From positions 1 through 61,512 of the forward strand of contig JBJXDT010000095.1 in NCBI GenBank assembly GCA_046153505.1: 61,512 bases of DNA. The letters are read 5' to 3'. Below are positions 57,237 to 61,512 of this stretch, piece after piece. Source of the stretch: Methylophilaceae bacterium (GTDB taxonomy: Bacteria > Pseudomonadota > Gammaproteobacteria > Burkholderiales > Methylophilaceae). The stretch's first letter is position 1; the number at the start of each line of letters is the position of its first letter. The position numbers were made by a program, and so were the translations under genes. Under the pieces are notes generated by a model. That model worked only from the letters and a program-made list of their open reading frames with translations, did no database searches and was not told where the DNA came from.

Positions 57237-57333
57237 CAAGGATAATGGATTTAATTCACTTAAGATTATGCTGTTAAAGATGAAACTAATTTTGACTTAA
57301 TATTGATTGACCCTAACAAAAAACTATAAAATC

Positions 57334-60186
57334 ATGGACATATCAGGTACATTTCTAAAAAGCAAAGTTGCCCAGCGGATTGCAATTTTACTTTTGCTAG
57401 CGGCATCTATCCCAGCCGCACTGATGTCTGGCTTATCTCGTCATACAACTTTCGAATTAGTAAGTAACTACGAACATAGCTCGCTTGTTGATAAAAGTAA
57501 AAACTATGCACTTACCGCATCTTCAAATTTGGCATTTTCAAAAGAAAAGTTACTACAATATTCCGAGCTTTTAAACACTGGAACACTACAAAAGCATCAG
57601 GCCGATGCAATAATTCAGCCAATTTTTAGCTCCATAACTGAGATAACAACTGATGGAAAAGTTATTTCGCAATATGGCAATGAAGTGCAAATGCCTATCG
57701 ATTTCGATACGATTGTTCGTAAGATTGCTTTTGATAACATTCCTAATCGCACCCAACTCATTGTTCTACCAGCCAAAAATGACAATGAATATGGCTTAAT
57801 TTATCTCACTTTGCCACAGAGAAAAAAGAATAACGCCCCAACGCTTCTAATTGCCCAAATTAACCCCAGCTTTCTTTTTGGAAGTAGAGACAATTACCCA
57901 GCCAATCTTAATGTATGCGCTTATCAGCTTGAGGACAAATCAAAAAGTAGAATTTTTTGTTCTGCAGATGTCACTATTTCCAGTAATGTCAGCAACAGAG
58001 AAAATATTGACTTTGGCTCATATACGATTCAAATTAACTCAGAACTCAATGACAAGGCTTGGCTATTCGACACACGCAACCTCGACCCGATGTCAGCTGA
58101 TAAATTCAGCACGCTTATTAGCGACAATAATTACATTTGGATAATATCTCTTAGCCTACTGTTAATCGGCCTATTAGGTTTATTTCAAGTCAGAAAAACC
58201 ATGGTACCTCTAGTTAACTTGATTGACGGCACAAAAAAAATTGCCACAGGTGATTACGTTGCAGTAAAAGTAACTGGGTCTTCTGAGTTTTCTGAACTAG
58301 CAGACGCCTTTAATAGCATGTCATCGCACATTAAAAAGCAAGTTGAAACCCTGCGTTCACTTTCATCTATTGATCGTGAAATCGTAACGAATTTAGACGT
58401 CACTGAACTTATTCGCCAAGTGATGCTAAGAATGCAGCAACTTAAGCCAGAAACAACTTTATATCTATTTAGACTTGATGAAAAAACAAATGCCGAGGTA
58501 CAGTGTAGCGTCCAGATTCTAGGCAACCCAGCAATGTCATCCACGCGCATAGCCGTGTCTAATCGTGAAATCGCTGCTATCGAAGTCTATGATCATGGCC
58601 ATATAAACCATTGCACTATGGAAAATGAATTTGTGCATGAAAGCCTGGCTGCAGAACTCGGGGATAATTTTATATGGACTTTACCCATCTTTTGGCAAAG
58701 AGAATTATGCGCTTTTTTAGTAGTTGGTAGCAAAACTCCACTTGTCGAAAACGATGCGGATTGGCCAGAGTTCAGAGAACTGGCAAGTCGAGTAGGTATT
58801 GTAATTTCTGCGCAGGCACGCGAAGAACAACTATTGCTTCAAGCACAATATGACACTTTGACTGGCTTACCTAACCGAATTTTACTGCAAGACCGCTTGC
58901 GACAAGCGATTGACCACAGCGATAGAACTGGTAATCCTTCATGGGTGCTTTTTATAGATCTAGATCGCTTTAAATATATTAATGACAGTTTGGGTCACCA
59001 CATTGGGGATGAACTGCTCGTGCAGGTTTCCAAGCAGTTGCAGGCAGGCGTGCGCGAAACCGACACCGTAGCAAGGTTTGGGGGCGATGAGTTTATTGTC
59101 ATACTGCAAGGCGACATGGGTGAGGACTCGAGACTAAGCATTTTAAATCGCTTAGTAGACTCTGTAGCCATGCCGATCAAAGTCAATAAGCAGGAACTTA
59201 GCACCACTTGCAGCATTGGCATTGCAATCTATCCAAATGATGGCAACAACCCAGAATCACTGATTAAGCATGCCGATATCGCCATGTATCGCGCGAAAGA
59301 AATTGGCCGTAACAACTTTCAATTCTTTACTCAAAACATGAATGATAAGGCCGCTGAACGTATGCGCATGGAATCTTACCTGCGTAAAGCCCTCGAGCAA
59401 GATGAATTTAGCCTGCAGTATCAACCTAAAGTTGATTTAAACTCTAAACAGATTGTGGGTGTAGAAGCCCTATTACGTTGGAGCAATACAGACTTAGGCA
59501 GTGTTTCACCTGATAAATTTATTCAACTAGCCGAAGAGACAAACTTAATATTGCCTATTGGAGAATGGGTACTGCGTAACGCTTGCAAGCAAGCAGTGGT
59601 GTGGCAAAAAGCAGGACTTGGTGAGCTATTGATGGCGGTTAATCTCTCCGCTCGTCAGTTTAAACAAGAAAACCTAATCGAATCTATTAAAGCGATTCTC
59701 GTTGAAACGGGACTAAAAGCAGAGTTTTTGGAACTTGAGCTTACCGAGAGTCTATTTATGAATGATAGCGGCAATGCACTTAAAATTCTGCATGAAATTA
59801 AATCATTGGGCATCAAACTGTCTGTCGATGATTTTGGTACTGGCTATTCCAGTCTTTCTTATTTAAACAACCTACCGCTAGACACACTTAAAATCGACAA
59901 ATCTTTCACTGATGATATTATTCTTAAAAACAAGCGCGTGCCTATTGTTGACACCATCATTGCCTTAGGTAAAAACTTGAATCTGCAAATCGTTGCCGAA
60001 GGCGTAGAGTCAGCCGAGCAAGTTGCCTATTTAACAGCCCATGGTTGCGACCAAATTCAAGGCTATTATTTCAGCCGTCCTGAATCTGCAGACAAGATTG
60101 AAGCAATGCTGGCAAGTAATAAAAAGCTAGTCACACCAAGCTTAAAACCAGTTGCTGTCACCAAAAAGCGTACGAGCTCTTATTAG
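57334..60186 (+). CDS. Membrane sensor: periplasmic domain - TM - HAMP - GAF/PAS-like - GGDEF - EAL
   Basis: Two TM helices flank a ~250-aa periplasmic region. The GGDEF domain shows [14 protein letters not shown], which includes an RxxD I-site. The EAL domain shows VEALLRW, VNLS, ELTE, VDDFGTG, KIDKSF, EGVES and QGY. The ATG is at 57334 and the track ORF starts at a TTG at 57307. Confidence 0.9.
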   Translation: MDISGTFLKSKVAQRIAILLLLAASIPAALMSGLSRHTTFELVSNYEHSSLVDKSKNYALTASSNLAFSKEKLLQYSELLNTGTLQKHQADAIIQPIFSSITEITTDGKVISQYGNEVQMPIDFDTIVRKIAFDNIPNRTQLIVLPAKNDNEYGLIYLTLPQRKKNNAPTLLIAQINPSFLFGSRDNYPANLNVCAYQLEDKSKSRIFCSADVTISSNVSNRENIDFGSYTIQINSELNDKAWLFDTRNLDPMSADKFSTLISDNNYIWIISLSLLLIGLLGLFQVRKTMVPLVNLIDGTKKIATGDYVAVKVTGSSEFSELADAFNSMSSHIKKQVETLRSLSSIDREIVTNLDVTELIRQVMLRMQQLKPETTLYLFRLDEKTNAEVQCSVQILGNPAMSSTRIAVSNREIAAIEVYDHGHINHCTMENEFVHESLAAELGDNFIWTLPIFWQRELCAFLVVGSKTPLVENDADWPEFRELASRVGIVISAQAREEQLLLQAQYDTLTGLPNRILLQDRLRQAIDHSDRTGNPSWVLFIDLDRFKYINDSLGHHIGDELLVQVSKQLQAGVRETDTVARFGGDEFIVILQGDMGEDSRLSILNRLVDSVAMPIKVNKQELSTTCSIGIAIYPNDGNNPESLIKHADIAMYRAKEIGRNNFQFFTQNMNDKAAERMRMESYLRKALEQDEFSLQYQPKVDLNSKQIVGVEALLRWSNTDLGSVSPDKFIQLAEETNLILPIGEWVLRNACKQAVVWQKAGLGELLMAVNLSARQFKQENLIESIKAILVETGLKAEFLELELTESLFMNDSGNALKILHEIKSLGIKLSVDDFGTGYSSLSYLNNLPLDTLKIDKSFTDDIILKNKRVPIVDTIIALGKNLNLQIVAEGVESAEQVAYLTAHGCDQIQGYYFSRPESADKIEAMLASNKKLVTPSLKPVAVTKKRTSSY

Positions 60187-60263
60187 TTAAATCTTCGTCA
60201 TTTAACTTAGTCGCAGGCGAGTAAGCCATGTAAAATAGCTAAAATTTACTTTATTGGCTCAAC

Positions 60264-61151
60264 ATGGCAATTCAGTGGTACCCAGGACACATGACTTCTG
60301 CCCGCAAAAAGGCGGAAGAAACGATGGAATTCGTCGATATTGTTATCGAAGTATTAGATGCGCGACTACCTGCCGCCAGCCACAACCCAATGATTGATGA
60401 AATGCGGTTATTTAGGCAAAGACCAAACCTAAAAATCCTGAATAAAGCTGATTTGGCAGACCCTGCCGTAACGCAAGCTTGGCTTAACTATTTTAATGCG
60501 CAACCAAACACAAAAGCAGTTGCCCTTTCTTGCAAAAAAGCTGGTGATGCAAAGAAAATTCCTGCGCTTGCCAAGAAATTAGCCCCGCACCGAGGCTCAC
60601 ACTTAAAGCCCTTGCGCATGATGATTATGGGCATTCCCAACGTAGGCAAATCCACACTTATGAACGCATTACTTAACCGCCGTATTGCAAAAGTTGGAGA
60701 TGAGCCCGCTGTGACTAAAAGTCAGCAGCGATTCGACTTGGATGACACCATGAGTATCATTGATACACCCGGGATGATGTGGCCAAAAATTGAGCATGAT
60801 TCCGATGGCTACATGCTTGCTGCCAGCCACGCAATAGGCAGAAACGCAGTTATTGATGAAGATGTTGCATTATTTTTGGCAAATAATCTACTAAAAAATT
60901 ATCCTGATTTGCTAAAGTTGCGCTTCAAAATTGATGTATGCAATATGGATGGCGTAGATTTATTGGAAGCTATTGCAAAGCGCAGAAGTTACAAACGACA
61001 CGATGGCTTATGGGATATGGAAAAAACTGCGGTAATTTTTTTAACGGATTATCGACATGGAACAATTGGCCGTGTGAGCCTAGAAACCCCGCTGAGCAGA
61101 GCTGAAATGATTAAACCAATTACAGAAGAAACACCCGAGAGCCAAGATTAG
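60264..61151 (+). CDS. rbgA: Ribosome biogenesis GTPase A (YlqF/RbgA, circularly permuted GTPase)
   Basis: MAIQWYPGHM, G4 LNKADL placed before G1 GIPNVGKST, and DTPG. Confidence 0.92.
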   Translation: MAIQWYPGHMTSARKKAEETMEFVDIVIEVLDARLPAASHNPMIDEMRLFRQRPNLKILNKADLADPAVTQAWLNYFNAQPNTKAVALSCKKAGDAKKIPALAKKLAPHRGSHLKPLRMMIMGIPNVGKSTLMNALLNRRIAKVGDEPAVTKSQQRFDLDDTMSIIDTPGMMWPKIEHDSDGYMLAASHAIGRNAVIDEDVALFLANNLLKNYPDLLKLRFKIDVCNMDGVDLLEAIAKRRSYKRHDGLWDMEKTAVIFLTDYRHGTIGRVSLETPLSRAEMIKPITEETPESQD

Positions 61152-61512
61152 CTGACTTGCAGGGATTTTTTTCTAGGTTTTTGCGGTAGTTTCTTATCTG
61201 TGGATAACTGTGAATATCGCATTACACGATTACGTCCTGCATTTTTTGCAGCATATAAAGCACCATCAGCAGCAGCCACTAAACCTTTAAACTCATAACC
61301 AGCGCGCACCGAATCCGCAATGCCCACGCTCACCGTTACAACTATCGTCAATTTATAGTCCACGAAGGGCGCTGCTTCAACCCCTGCACGAATACGCTCC
61401 GCCAGCACGCTCGCATCATTCTCATTGGTATTGGGCATAAATACGCAAAATTCTTCACCTCCATATCTGCCAACCACATCACCTGTACGCAAAAGTTTTG
61501 AAATGCGTACAG
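61148..61512 (-). CDS. Partial CDS with its N-terminus beyond the window end: C-terminal part of a GGDEF-domain diguanylate cyclase
   Basis: ...LRTGDVVGRYGGEEFCVFM...TVSVGIA...ADGALYAAKNAGRNRV. The frame stays open from 61492 to the window edge. Confidence 0.85.
   Translation of the reverse strand, partial: VRISKLLRTGDVVGRYGGEEFCVFMPNTNENDASVLAERIRAGVEAAPFVDYKLTIVVTVSVGIADSVRAGYEFKGLVAAADGALYAAKNAGRNRVMRYSQLSTDKKLPQKPRKKSLQVS

Noticed and set aside
1-61512. A search for CRISPR arrays, transposases, integrases, phage genes, tRNA/rRNA genes, known defence systems and uptake-sequence-like dispersed repeats.
   Set aside because: No spaced direct repeats were found, and no ORF has DDE, tyrosine- or serine-recombinase, or other defence-type motifs. 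No spacer has tRNA-like GC-rich stems. The four terminator hairpins all differ in sequence, so there is no DUS/REP-like family.

Overview
This is a 61.5-kb, very tightly packed chromosomal segment from a Gram-negative proteobacterium with moderately low GC. It feels like a beta-proteobacterial methylotroph, but that is only a guess. I support about 45 protein-coding genes, one decayed pseudogene, four clear intrinsic terminators and one near-consensus sigma70 promoter. I saw no rRNA, tRNA, CRISPR array, transposase, integrase or phage genes. All calls rest on reading motifs by eye; I ran no searches.

Content in order:
- A partial cyclase-homology membrane protein, then typA.
- Two tandem DEAD-box helicases.
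- glbO followed by a sensor kinase, a CheY-like regulator and a REC-PAS-GGDEF-EAL protein.
- purT and a TonB-dependent receptor.
- The dnaE-accA-tilS block, translationally coupled to a NarX/NarL-type two-component pair.
- The pilG-pilH-pilI-pilJ-chpA twitching chemosensory cluster.
- A FIST protein.
- tpx plus a four-gene envelope glycolipid-remodelling operon (GT9, GtrA-like::GT39, UPF0104, PAP2).
- A four-gene overlapping RNA-metabolism operon (RNB ribonuclease, SpeE-like, THUMP methyltransferase, MazG-like).
- A COG0523 GTPase, lpxO and a short clade-2 chlorite dismutase.
- hrpA and a decayed periplasmic LigE-type DNA ligase.
- An envelope operon of LCAT-like lipase, large di-haem c protein, acyltransferase-3 and membrane-anchored mini-catalase.
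- A methyltransferase, a HAMP-GGDEF-EAL sensor, rbgA and a partial GGDEF gene.

The best candidate for an undescribed system is the lipase / di-haem / acyltransferase / mini-catalase operon at 50437..55979, a possible lipid oxygenation or oxidised-lipid pathway. Other leads are the lpxO-cld pairing, the glycolipid operon, the ligase pseudogene with a G9 tract, and the fact that all four convergent gene junctions interlock their stop codons in a 4-nt overlap.
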